From positions 1 to 34,938 of IMG/VR virus record IMGVR_UViG_3300023118_000124: DNA of 34,938 bases. One strand, given 5' to 3'. The position numbers were made by a program, and so were the translations under genes. Positions 1 through 8,669 of this stretch are shown piece after piece (position 1 is the first letter of the stretch; each line of letters begins with the position of its first letter). A model generated the notes under the pieces. It did not search any database. It saw only the letters and a list, made by a program, of their open reading frames with translations, and was not told the origin of the DNA. The stretch is from a virus. Its lineage: Duplodnaviria > Caudoviricetes.

Positions 1-1
1 T

Positions 2-2242
2 GCTGTAGCCGCCCTGAGATACGCCGTAGGTTGTGTATGTGCTGCTCTGGCTGCGGAATGAACCGCCGATCGACCATTTTTCGAGGTCGCCCGGCAATTG
101 ATAGGTGGTGGACAGCTTGAGCAGGTTGTATGGCGTGTCGCTGTCGAAGCGACCGCTGCCGCCCTTGACGTTCTTGGCGCCGGCGTAGGTGTAGCCGGCG
201 GAGGCCTGCCAGCCACGGGCAAGCATGCCTTGCAGTTCGAGGTCGACGCCTTTGGTTTCCACTTCACCGGAGGCCACGGAGCAGGAAGCAACACCCGGTG
301 CACAGGCATCAAGCCCTTGGGCGAGATTTTCCTGGTTCAACTGGAAGTAGGCCAGGCTAGCGTTCAGCGCCCCGTCAAAGTACTCGCCCTTGATCCCGAC
401 TTCACGGTTGGTACCCGTGACCGGCGGCAGAAGGCTGCCCTGGAAGTCCACGTTGGCTTGCGGCTGGAAGATTCTGGTCCAGCTGGTGTACACCGAGTAG
501 GTATCGTTTATGTCGTAGATCAGGCCGGCATAGGGGGTGTATTCGCGCGTAGCCTTGTAGTCGGCGCCGAACGTGTAGTCGCCGGAAATAGTGTTCTGTT
601 CGTACTCATACCAATCCAGGCGTGAACCGAGGATCAATTTCAGGTCGTCGCGCAGATGGAAGCGCACGGTGGCGTAGGTGCTGTATTGATCGACCTTGCC
701 CTTACGAGACCAGTTGTAGTTGATGGCCGGTTTTTCTACGCCGTGATAGTCGAAGTTTGATGGGTCGAGCACGATGTTTGGGTCATTGAGGAAACCACCG
801 CCGGGGCCATCGTCGGTTTTATCATTGCGATAGCTGCCACCGAGTACCAGTTCGTGGGTCGCACCAAACAGGGTGAAGGGGCCGGAAACGTAGCCGTCGA
901 CGCTTTTTTGTGTGTGCTGGTAGGTGTAGCGGCCCACGTTCAGGTTCAACTGATCTGCACTGGGGTCCAGTCGATAGAAACTGGTGCCCAGCATGTCCAG
1001 GTCGCCTCGCAGCCACGTGGTATTCAGGCGCAGTTTCCAGTCGTTGTCGAAGCGGTGCTCAATTTCGGCAAATGCGCTGGTGTTTTTCTTGTTCCAGTAG
1101 GTCCAGTTCGGGCTCATGCGCGTCGAGCGGGATATCGGCAGGAACGTGCCATTGGCCCTGGTCGGGATGCCCGACCAGTCGGCTCCCGGGTTGTCTTCAC
1201 GGTTGTAGTACGCACCGAGGGTCAGGGTCGTGGCTTCGCTCAGGTCAAATTCGGTGATGCCGTACAACAACTGGCGCTTGCTGCTGTAGCCATCGGTAAA
1301 GCTGTCTTTGTCCTGGAAGGCACCGACCACGCGGCCTCTGATCGAACCGACAGAATTGAGTGCGCTGCTGGCATCGATTTCGGTGCGGTAGTTGTCCCAC
1401 GAGCCGGCGCCCAAGGTGACTGAAACTTGCGGCTCGACGGTGGGGCGCTTGCGGATCAGGTTGAGGGTGCCGGAGGGGTTGCCGGCACCGAGCATCAGGC
1501 CCGACGCACCGCGCACGACTTCAACCCGGTCGAACATCGCCAGGGTCGACGTGCCAAGGGTGTCGCTGTCATACGCGACTGGCAGCCCGTCAATCATGAT
1601 GTTGTCGATGGCGGAACCGCGGGAATAGAACTCTGGGCGCTCACCACCGGTCTTGCGCATGGTCAGGCCTGGGGTGTGAGTCGAAATGTCCTCCAGAGAC
1701 TGCATGTTCTGGTCATCCATGCGTTGGCGAGTGATTACCGTGACCGACTGCGGCGTCTCGCGCATGGAGGTGGCCAGTTTGGTCGCGGTACTCATGGAGC
1801 CGGTGGTGTACGATCCGCTCCCCTCTGTCGTCGCTCCCAGCGATTGGCCCGTGACACTCGTCGCGCCAAGCACCACCGTGGTTCCGTTATTGGCAGGGAT
1901 CAACACGTAGCCACCATTGCTCTGACGCTGCGCTTGTAACCCGCTGTTTGCCAGCAAGCGCGCCAGTCCCTCCTCGACGCTGTACACGCCAGTCAGGCCC
2001 GCCGTAGTCAGACGGCGGGTTTGCTCGGTATCAAATGAAATAGTCACGCCCGCCTGCACTCCGAACTGGGTCAGGGCAGTGCCAAGCAGGCCTGAGGCGA
2101 TCTGGTAGGACGTCTGGCTTTGCGCCAAAACTGGCGTGGACATTAGCGCCAGCCCCGACAGACTCGCGAGGCTCAGTCCAAAGAGGGCCAAGCGAACCGG
2201 GCGGGTCATTGAAGTCTTCGCATAGAGGGGAAGCAGGGGCAT
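2..2242 (-). CDS. TonB-dependent siderophore receptor with N-terminal signalling (STN) domain, FpvA/FhuE-like; 3' end outside window
   Basis: Not in ORF track (open to the edge). Manual translation from ATG 2242 (RBS GGAAGG): MPLLPLYAK...signal peptide, STN-like IASGLLGTALTQFGVQAGV, plug TTEGSGSYTT...ATKL..SMRETPQSVTVITRQRMDDQN, FDRVEVVRGASGL..GAGNPSGTLNLIRKRPT; the same frame reads VSQGGYS at the left edge. Confidence 0.93.
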   Translation of the reverse strand, partial: MPLLPLYAKTSMTRPVRLALFGLSLASLSGLALMSTPVLAQSQTSYQIASGLLGTALTQFGVQAGVTISFDTEQTRRLTTAGLTGVYSVEEGLARLLANSGLQAQRQSNGGYVLIPANNGTTVVLGATSVTGQSLGATTEGSGSYTTGSMSTATKLATSMRETPQSVTVITRQRMDDQNMQSLEDISTHTPGLTMRKTGGERPEFYSRGSAIDNIMIDGLPVAYDSDTLGTSTLAMFDRVEVVRGASGLMLGAGNPSGTLNLIRKRPTVEPQVSVTLGAGSWDNYRTEIDASSALNSVGSIRGRVVGAFQDKDSFTDGYSSKRQLLYGITEFDLSEATTLTLGAYYNREDNPGADWSGIPTRANGTFLPISRSTRMSPNWTYWNKKNTSAFAEIEHRFDNDWKLRLNTTWLRGDLDMLGTSFYRLDPSADQLNLNVGRYTYQHTQKSVDGYVSGPFTLFGATHELVLGGSYRNDKTDDGPGGGFLNDPNIVLDPSNFDYHGVEKPAINYNWSRKGKVDQYSTYATVRFHLRDDLKLILGSRLDWYEYEQNTISGDYTFGADYKATREYTPYAGLIYDINDTYSVYTSWTRIFQPQANVDFQGSLLPPVTGTNREVGIKGEYFDGALNASLAYFQLNQENLAQGLDACAPGVASCSVASGEVETKGVDLELQGMLARGWQASAGYTYAGAKNVKGGSGRFDSDTPYNLLKLSTTYQLPGDLEKWSIGGSFRSQSSTYTTYGVSQGGYS

Positions 2243-2303
2243 TCGTTGATCCTTCCGTTGTCATGGCAGAAAGTCGCCGTCATCGCGGCTTGTGTCATTG
2301 ACG

Positions 2304-2322
2304 GATGAGAATCAAAATCAGC
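2304..2322. promoter_or_regulatory. Putative Fur box upstream of the receptor
   Basis: GATGAGAATCAAAATCAGC resembles the Fur-box pattern AATGAGAATCATTATCATT (14/19) and lies ~60 bp upstream of an iron-uptake receptor. Confidence 0.5.
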
Positions 2323-2354
2323 AAGGTGACTCGTTAAACATTTTCAAATCGAAC

Positions 2355-2969
2355 TCATGCCGGTTCGATGCTAGCCCAATAGCGCGTCAGGTAGTGCACT
2401 CTCACCGGTAAGGCCTGGCTCAGGTTTTCCGGCACGGTATCCGTATCATGGAGGCGGAACGCGCCTGAGATGCCCAGCCCCTGAACCGATGCAGCGCAGT
2501 ACGCCAGGGCGATAGCGTCCCAGCTCTTCGATGAAAGCCCCCAGCCGCCAGTCATCAACGCCCAGCATGCCCTGTACGGGGGTAACAGGCTGGCTACATC
2601 GACTGCATCGCGGTCAAAGGTGCCTTGCTCTCCAGCATTGAGGCGCAGAGTGCGTTCAACATGCTGGTGCGGATTTACTTCAACAGCGGCTTACAGTACT
2701 CCAACACGCGTTTGTTCGATCAGATGACGGACGCTAAACCGGGTGCCGAGCGCACGTACCCGACCTTCGCCGGTCTGAACGATAAATGGCCGCTGGGTGG
2801 GATCCTGGGCGGTGTTAACAAGCATTTCGCCACGGTACAACTGGATCGACCGCTGTTTTGAGTCGGAGCGGATATCCGATGCAGTATCCGCGTTCAGTGC
2901 CAGTTGTGAGCCATCGTCTAGGCGCTGCGGGGGACGCTCATGGATACTCGTACGCTGTTGAGCGAGCAT
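2355..2969 (-). pseudogene. fecR: FecR-family anti-sigma/sensor pseudogene
   Basis: Fragments LDDGSQLALNADTA..RSIQLYRGEMLV..DPTQRPFIVQTGEGRVRALGTRFSVR; in-frame TAA at 2691-2693 (GVL*AAVEV); DDWRLGAFIEELGRYRPGVLRC, then a frameshift into GISGAFRLHDTD..LSQALPVRV..TRYW; N-terminus and TM segment missing. Confidence 0.85.
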
Positions 2970-3119
2970 TGAGCCATACGGGACTTGCTCGGTTGATGCG
3001 TTGTTGTTCGCAGGCGACTCCAGTAGTGAGATTTAATGGGTGGATTAAATGTGCCTGACGGGATGCTGTAACGACGTTCATGCCTGTTGTTGCTCGATTG
3101 CTTGAGATCGCTATCGCTA

Positions 3120-3142
3120 TCGCGAGCAAGCTCGGCTCCTAC
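3120..3142 (-). repeat. Pseudomonas GTAG-type REP
   Basis: Minus strand GTAGGAGCCGAGCTTGCTCGCGA (GTAG head plus internal palindrome). Confidence 0.8.
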
Positions 3143-3193
3143 AGAGTGAGGTAGATCCGGGGTTTGTTGTTCTTGTGTTGGATGACGCCTTCC

Positions 3194-3213
3194 CAGCTTT
3201 CGGCAGCTCCTAC
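3194..3213 (-). repeat. Pseudomonas GTAG-type REP (second class)
   Basis: Minus strand GTAGGAGCTGCCGAAAGCTG. Confidence 0.7.
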
Positions 3214-3230
3214 AAAAATCTAGCGCACAC

Positions 3231-3260
3231 AAAAAAGGCCCACCTTTCGGTGAGCCTTTT
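3231..3260 (-). terminator. Intrinsic terminator downstream of the tRNA 3' end (possibly bidirectional)
   Basis: AAAAAAGGCCCACC-TTTC-GGTGAGCCTTTT hairpin with A and T tracts. Confidence 0.8.
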
Positions 3261-3273
3261 CGGGTACTGCGTA

Positions 3274-3319
3274 TGGTGCGGCACCAGGAGTCGAACCCGG
3301 GACCTACTGATTACAAGTC
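3274..3319 (-). other. Prophage attachment junction: 3' half of tRNA-Thr(UGU), not an intact tRNA
   Basis: Minus strand GA-CTTGTAA-TCAGT-AGGTC-CCGGG-TTCGACT-CCTGG-TGCCGC-ACCA: anticodon loop, T arm and CCA present, no D arm or 5' acceptor strand; near the integrase. Confidence 0.88.
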
Positions 3320-3359
3320 GTCCACTCTACTCAGAAGATTCAATGCTTTGAGCGACATC

Positions 3360-3432
3360 TTTGTACGCGTCAGGCTGTTGCTGGCGCCCGCCGAGCCTAG
3401 AGTTCTTCGTGTTTTGTACGCGTTGTCCACGG
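3360..3432. repeat. Putative integrase arm-type sites
   Basis: Direct repeat TTTGTACGCGT at 3360-3370 and 3413-3423, plus related TGTCCACGG at 3424-3432, just inside the att core. Confidence 0.5.
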
Positions 3433-3551
3433 GCTATTATTGGATCTGGTCGCTCGAGCGGTGAGCAATTGGGCTTTCAGGTAGCGTTACGGGTATGGTT
3501 TCTCTTGTCCAAAATTGCTTCTTTCTGGTAGGGTAGACGCCATAATGTTCT

Positions 3552-3599
3552 CCTACGACCGCGCCCCGTCTGCATCTGCAGACGGGGCGCGGTCGTAGG
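3552..3599. repeat. Perfect 23-bp inverted repeat with 2-nt spacer
   Basis: CCTACGACCGCGCCCCGTCTGCA-TC-TGCAGACGGGGCGCGGTCGTAGG. Confidence 0.95.
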
Positions 3600-3834
3600 T
3601 AAAATTGGTTTTGTTACAAATCTTCATTTAGGGCGTAAACACTACAGGCGGGGGGGCTGGGGCGATTTAGACACAACTTCTTGTGCCCTACATGAATAGG
3701 CCCTTCTTCTGTCCCCGACCTAGATGGGCCTGAGCCCAGCTTCTGACCTATGATGCTGTTGAACCTGTGTGTATAAGGGCTGCTCAAAGGAACGTGACTC
3801 CACTCATAAACGGATTTTTACTGAGGCGACTGAC

Positions 3835-4224
3835 GTGAGTACTAAATCTCTTTCCAATTTTTTCGACCTGGATGCGATGCTGTCTGTCCTTGAAATTGGA
3901 CGGACTGCTAGCTATCAGGTGGAACTGGGGCGGCTCGTGAAACTAGCGGTCCTTCATTCCCATCCGGATGAGTTGAGCTCGAAGCATTTTTCCAAAGCTA
4001 TGATGGTTGCATTTCATGGTAGTGAAGGTGATTCGCTTAAGGCTGACCTGCGCGCGCTCGAGTCTGACTGGCTTGCTGTAGGCCTCGACATTCAGTCAGC
4101 CACTCACAAGCATGCTGACTTGCCTGAGGTCTGTTCCGTGGCCAAGGATGTGAGCAAAAAATGGAAAGGTTATTTCAATTCAAGGAATGAAACCGCTCAT
4201 GAACCTGAGAAGCCCTCATACTGA
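3835..4224 (+). CDS. Hypothetical moron protein upstream of the DUF2335 gene
   Basis: ORF 3769-4224, likely GTG start at 3835 after GAGG; motif ALESDWLAVGLDI; overlaps next gene; lower GC. Confidence 0.65.
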   Translation: MSTKSLSNFFDLDAMLSVLEIGRTASYQVELGRLVKLAVLHSHPDELSSKHFSKAMMVAFHGSEGDSLKADLRALESDWLAVGLDIQSATHKHADLPEVCSVAKDVSKKWKGYFNSRNETAHEPEKPSY

Positions 4225-4795
4225 TTCAGATGAAAGTGATTTCGATTGCGATGAGCATAGGGCGGAAATTTTGTCAGAATCGCTCGATGATGAAGAACTG
4301 AAACACGAAGCAGAAAATGCAATTGAAGCCGTTATTCGCGATGACGAGCATGTTGGTGAGCTCCTTGACCAACCAGGCACCAAGGCGGCTATGACTAAGG
4401 TTGTAATGTCTGCGATGATGCAAAGCGAACGTCATCGAGGACCGCTTCCATCTCCTCGTCAGCTGCATGATTATGAGAAATGCTTGCCAGGTGCGGCAGA
4501 AAGAATTGTTGCTATGGCCGAGCGGGAACAGATTCATCGCCACGGTACTGTTGACGGCTTTTCTGAGTTTCGGAATGAAACGTTAGCTCATGTAAAAACT
4601 CGCGATGCACGCGGCCAGTATTTGGGCTCGTTTCTGTGTCTCTCTGTGATTGGCCTGAGCTTCTATATGGCTGCTATAGGTCATGCGGCTGTTGGTGGCT
4701 CATTAGCGGGCGTGACGTTGGTCGGCCTCGCGGGTGTGTTTTACAGCAGACAAAGAAAGGCTGAGAATGCGGGCGAAGTAGATCTTTCAGATTGA
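4187..4795 (+). CDS. DUF2335-family predicted membrane protein
   Basis: HRGPLPSPRQLHDYEKCLPGAAERIVAMAEREQIHRH motif followed by two hydrophobic helices. Confidence 0.85.
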   Translation: MKPLMNLRSPHTDSDESDFDCDEHRAEILSESLDDEELKHEAENAIEAVIRDDEHVGELLDQPGTKAAMTKVVMSAMMQSERHRGPLPSPRQLHDYEKCLPGAAERIVAMAEREQIHRHGTVDGFSEFRNETLAHVKTRDARGQYLGSFLCLSVIGLSFYMAAIGHAAVGGSLAGVTLVGLAGVFYSRQRKAENAGEVDLSD

Positions 4796-4796
4796 A

Positions 4797-5948
4797 TCAT
4801 TGGTCTCCCGAAGGATTTACGAGTGGAACGCTTAGGTCGTAGACGTCCATCATTGACTCATCGCGGTGACCTGACGCTTGCTGTTTGTCTGCTCTAGTTC
4901 CCGCGGTATCGGTGATACCTTTGCGCTTGAAGTCGTGCATTCCGAAGCGCTGCTCTTCAGTGAGAATCCCTTTCTCGATCGCCTGGACGATCAGCCGCTG
5001 GAAAGCTGTATCAAGCCCTGACTTCGACAACTGCCTGCCGGTTGCTGCAATGACCAGGAAGCGCTGGTCTGCTCGAATCGGCACCGGCACGCGCTTTCGC
5101 TCCCACGTCTCTGACCTGACGGCCTTGGCAGCGTCCCAGGCGGCACGCAGCCGAGGAGTCCACCGGACAATATTGTCTCGGCTACCTTTACGGCGATTGG
5201 TGAGCACCCCTTCGTTGAGTTCGTTCTCGTCGGTGAGTGTGATCGTCTCGATCCCGCGCAGGCGGCATAGGTATCCAATCTCCATCACATACCACAGGTA
5301 GGGCGAGCAGGCCCCAGGCTGGCCGCTCTTAAGCTGGCCTTGCTGCTTCGCGAACCTGATCAGGTTAACCATGACCGTGTCTTCGGGCAGTCGGCGCTGC
5401 TTGCGCTCTTTCGGCGACTCAATGCCCTTGGCCGGGTTGTCCTTCACAAAACCACGGTTACGGCCCCACTGCATCACGCGGCGCAGGTAACGCAGTGAGT
5501 GGGCGGCTTTGGAGGGGGTCCCATCCTGGGCTATCTTGTCGATGATGCGCTGGACCAGCGCCGGCGTGAATTTGAGCACCGCCAGTTCGCCCAGCGGTTT
5601 GCCAAGCTTCGTCGGAAACGCCAGAAGCACGTCGCGGGAGTAGACATAGTCGTCGTGGGTTTTATCGCTGAGGACGTTGTACTGGTCGCTCTTGTGGAAC
5701 TCATCACAGAGGTATTGCAGGCTGTCGCGGTCTACGCCGTTGCGCTCCTCAATGAGGCGGTGAAGCTCTGAAAGCGTCACGTTGCCCGCGCAAAGGTTCT
5801 GCCGCTGTCGCCGCCCGGCCTCATTGAAATACAGGATGTACCAGCACCCAGCGCCCCTATGGTCGAAATACACCGAACGCGGCAAAGCCGTCTGGTCAAT
5901 GTGCTCAGGGATGTTTGGATTGTGTTGGCGCTTTCGACCACGTTTCAT
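4797..5948 (-). CDS. int: Tyrosine recombinase / phage integrase
   Basis: Start MKRGRKRQHNP (ATGA overlap with upstream gene); core-binding DNPAKGI; catalytic R (CRLRGIE), K, HDFKRK, SGH, Y; points toward att. Confidence 0.92.
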   Translation of the reverse strand: MKRGRKRQHNPNIPEHIDQTALPRSVYFDHRGAGCWYILYFNEAGRRQRQNLCAGNVTLSELHRLIEERNGVDRDSLQYLCDEFHKSDQYNVLSDKTHDDYVYSRDVLLAFPTKLGKPLGELAVLKFTPALVQRIIDKIAQDGTPSKAAHSLRYLRRVMQWGRNRGFVKDNPAKGIESPKERKQRRLPEDTVMVNLIRFAKQQGQLKSGQPGACSPYLWYVMEIGYLCRLRGIETITLTDENELNEGVLTNRRKGSRDNIVRWTPRLRAAWDAAKAVRSETWERKRVPVPIRADQRFLVIAATGRQLSKSGLDTAFQRLIVQAIEKGILTEEQRFGMHDFKRKGITDTAGTRADKQQASGHRDESMMDVYDLSVPLVNPSGDQ

Positions 5949-6151
5949 ACGATGTCCGCACTGTAGCTGTCGGTATCCACGGGTTTTAGCCCGCCCGCCT
6001 GGTTGATCAAATCCACCGTGGTCCATGGCCCCCTTCGCCCACTGAAAATTCGAATGCCTTGGGAGCGCAACGCTTTTTCAACGTCAGCCCGGCGGCTATA
6101 TCCGGTTACGCGTTGTAAGTCTTCAAACTCTAGTACACGGGCTGCGCTCAT
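5945..6151 (-). CDS. Excisionase-like small HTH protein (DUF4224-like)
   Basis: MSAARVLEFEDLQRVTGYSRRADVEKALRSQGI, GGAGG RBS, immediately upstream of int. Confidence 0.7.
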   Translation of the reverse strand: MSAARVLEFEDLQRVTGYSRRADVEKALRSQGIRIFSGRRGPWTTVDLINQAGGLKPVDTDSYSADIV

Positions 6152-7134
6152 GCTGCCTCCACGGTTATTGGCTCCCAGGCCGACTCGCACAGCCCGTAGG
6201 CGCTGGAGCAGGCGGAGGCGTCAGTAGCAATCAGTAGGTCGTATTGGATGCCGCCTCGGGCTGTCTTGGACCATTCAACTGCCTGGCGAATGCTTGCGAT
6301 CTCCATGACTTCAATGGCAGTCATGTCCGCGATAGAGCCTTTCGGATGCTTGGCATTTGATCCGGCAAAGAACGTGGCAGCACCGCGCTTGCTGGCCTGC
6401 TGGACGGTTCGCTCCCAGCGATCGATACGGTCAATCGCTTCAGGGAATCGAAGGGCAATTTCGCGTAACTCATCCTTGCGGCAGTTGATGCAGGGCATGC
6501 AGCCGACGCGCCCCATGCCCTGGGAATAAAGCGGATTTGGTTTGATACCCATGTAGCGGTGAGCTTCGAACACGGCTGGAATATCCCACTTTAAGATCGG
6601 CCGGTAGTTAAATAGGCCGTCACCAACTTCGTCGCACTCGGGCAAATATCGCCTGTTAAGCGATTCCTCTGCGCGCACACCCTGCCAGCTCAGAATCATG
6701 TCGCCGGCACCCATCAAAGGCATGACTACTTGTTCAAACATAGGGTCGCGTTTCAGCTCCATGGTGCAGAACTGGGCTTTGCGGCTAGGGGACCGGCCTT
6801 TCCAGATGCACAGGTCTAGGAACGGGTTACCGGTTGGCTGCAGCACGTCCAACGCTGCCAGCACTACCTCCTCTGCTATGCCTTGCGCCCGCCATTTCGA
6901 TTCGATGAATCGGCGCTTGCCTTCAATACGCTGGGTGAAATCAGCACGCACGCGGGTTATTTTCGTGCGTGTGGCTTGTTCCAGGTAATCCAGGTATTCG
7001 TGGGTCTGTTGATGCTCGTTGCCGGTGTCCGCGAAGACGGCCTGCAGGTTGGGTGCCTCTAAGGCAATGGCGACCAGTAGCGTCGCCGTGCTGTCTTTAC
7101 CGCCGCTGAGGCTGATGATGTTGTGCGTAGTCAT
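6148..7134 (-). CDS. Phage PAPS-reductase-family protein
   Basis: SLSGGKDS PP-loop, FADTGNE, FCTMELK, GVRAEESLNR, NPLYSQGMGRVGCMPC. Confidence 0.9.
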   Translation of the reverse strand: MTTHNIISLSGGKDSTATLLVAIALEAPNLQAVFADTGNEHQQTHEYLDYLEQATRTKITRVRADFTQRIEGKRRFIESKWRAQGIAEEVVLAALDVLQPTGNPFLDLCIWKGRSPSRKAQFCTMELKRDPMFEQVVMPLMGAGDMILSWQGVRAEESLNRRYLPECDEVGDGLFNYRPILKWDIPAVFEAHRYMGIKPNPLYSQGMGRVGCMPCINCRKDELREIALRFPEAIDRIDRWERTVQQASKRGAATFFAGSNAKHPKGSIADMTAIEVMEIASIRQAVEWSKTARGGIQYDLLIATDASACSSAYGLCESAWEPITVEAA

Positions 7135-7631
7135 TGATGGTCTCCCGAAGCATCACCATCAGCAGGCGCATCCAGTAAGGCGTGCAGCCCCTCAAGGTTC
7201 TGCATTAGGATCAGCTCAAGGGCTTTGACGCTGATATGAACAGAATCTGGATTGTCATCCGGCTCATGCTCGCAGATGTCGCGGATGATGGTTGCTACGG
7301 TTTTGGTGGTAGTGACGGGTTTGGCAGGCACAACTAGCAGGGCGCGCACATCCTCATCCGCCCTGAAATCCCGTAAGGCCTCCTGAACCTCCACGGAATC
7401 AAGGATGCGGCCAGACAAAACTCTCGCCGTCGTGATAATCGAATCAATTAGCCCAACTGTAACGCCGACATCAGTTCGGCAATCGGTTTGCGTAACCGGT
7501 TTACACAAGCCTTCGTTAATCTGATCAATGTCAGAACACAGGTATACCGATTCACGCCGAGAAACACCCCATTCGCCAATGCTTACCCGGTATCGTTTCG
7601 GCATGCCGTCTATCGTTTGCTTGATGGTCAT
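7131..7631 (-). CDS. Hypothetical phage protein
   Basis: ORF 7131-7778; likely start MTIKQ at 7631 after GAGG, avoiding overlap with upstream gene; ATGA coupling downstream. Confidence 0.6.
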   Translation of the reverse strand: MTIKQTIDGMPKRYRVSIGEWGVSRRESVYLCSDIDQINEGLCKPVTQTDCRTDVGVTVGLIDSIITTARVLSGRILDSVEVQEALRDFRADEDVRALLVVPAKPVTTTKTVATIIRDICEHEPDDNPDSVHISVKALELILMQNLEGLHALLDAPADGDASGDHQ

Positions 7632-7641
7632 GGTCAGGGCC

Positions 7642-7905
7642 TCAGTTGTGATTGCGGATCGAATAGCCCGCCAGCTTCTGCAGGGGATTCGGTCGTTCGC
7701 CGCGAGGATGAATGCCAATGCGCGCCTCGAGACCATCAAGGCTGACAGTGGCGCCGTCATAGTTGAGTCCTGGCTCAAGGCCCATGAACTGCATCGGAAC
7801 GCCGCATTGCATACATACGATGCTGATCTCTGCCATAAACCGACCTTTGTTTTCGATGCGAGTAACGCCCACAGTTGCCTTCAAATCTTCATGTTTACAG
7901 GCCAT
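7642..7905 (-). CDS. Hypothetical phage protein with CxxC
   Basis: 87-aa ORF MACKHEDLK...CMQCG, GAGG RBS, fits operon. Confidence 0.65.
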   Translation of the reverse strand: MACKHEDLKATVGVTRIENKGRFMAEISIVCMQCGVPMQFMGLEPGLNYDGATVSLDGLEARIGIHPRGERPNPLQKLAGYSIRNHN

Positions 7906-8371
7906 GGCAACCCACCTCTGACTGGATCGCGGCGTCGATCGATTGGTCTAGATCCTCTCCGTTCAATACAACGTTCTGAGGTGTTTTCCCTGCGAACACA
8001 CCGCCCAAGTGAATGGTGTTAAGGGGGCGATCGCGCAGCCACCGATAACGTTCGACGTCTGTACGCATGCCTGTGTTTTCGGCCACCAGCAGATCCAGCT
8101 GCTCATCCGCAGCGGTCAGGCGCTGTTGCAGTTCATCCGCGCGGCGCCAAAGATCGAAGTCTGGTACCGGTTTACCGGCCATTCGGTGCTTAAGCATTGC
8201 CCAGACCAGGTGGTACTCTGGCCAATCGCTTTCGATAACCACGTATTGGCGCGGTGATTGACCGATTGCTGTGAGGGCACGCCCGAGCATTTCCCGATCC
8301 TTGGCGCGGTGATTGACCAGATCGCTGCGTTTGATGACGATGTAACGATCTTCGGTTTTGAAATCGCTCAT
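7895..8371 (-). CDS. Hypothetical phage early protein (ead-region type)
   Basis: MSDFKTEDRYIVIKRSD..YVVIESDWPEY..VW; coiled coil; DVERYRWLRD..DQSIDAAI; GGAGG RBS. Confidence 0.75.
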   Translation of the reverse strand: MSDFKTEDRYIVIKRSDLVNHRAKDREMLGRALTAIGQSPRQYVVIESDWPEYHLVWAMLKHRMAGKPVPDFDLWRRADELQQRLTAADEQLDLLVAENTGMRTDVERYRWLRDRPLNTIHLGGVFAGKTPQNVVLNGEDLDQSIDAAIQSEVGCHGL

Positions 8372-8417
8372 ACAACCTCCATCGTTACCAGATGATGTGT
8401 TCATGACCATCTCCCTG

Positions 8418-8669
8418 TTACATCCGAAACGATTGATGAGCACGCGACGGCAGTAGCTTCTGCTCTGCGGGTTGTGCGCCGTCGGATTGGATCTCACACA
8501 CGAATCTATGTCGTTTCCGGTTGTGCGCAGTCAACGCCTTGGTCAGATCAGGCAGAACGTCAATGCATTGCTCGTAGGCGTGAGGTCCCTTCCAGCTATT
8601 AGCCTTCACCACCTGGCAGTCTGTGCGGGTTGCGTCCGCGCACAGGTACAGCAGTAGGAAAACAGTCAT
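8418..8669 (-). CDS. Hypothetical small protein
   Basis: MTVFLLLYLCADATRTDCQVV; GGAGG RBS; ATGA overlap. Confidence 0.65.
   Translation of the reverse strand: MTVFLLLYLCADATRTDCQVVKANSWKGPHAYEQCIDVLPDLTKALTAHNRKRHRFVCEIQSDGAQPAEQKLLPSRAHQSFRM

Noticed and set aside
98-1939. Several plus-strand ORFs (175, 189, 170 aa)
   Set aside because: Antisense shadows of the TonB-dependent receptor
2031-2264. 77-aa minus ORF MTTEGSTN
   Set aside because: Wrong frame; the receptor starts at 2242 in another frame
3274-3349. Complete tRNA-Thr gene
   Set aside because: No D arm or 5' acceptor strand; only the 3' half is present
3273-3464. 63-aa ORF MVRHQESNPG
   Set aside because: Translation of the tRNA antisense strand and att arm
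8368-8410. Short MNTSSGNDGGC segment as a separate gene
   Set aside because: In frame with the downstream gene; cannot distinguish an alternative start from a deletion remnant
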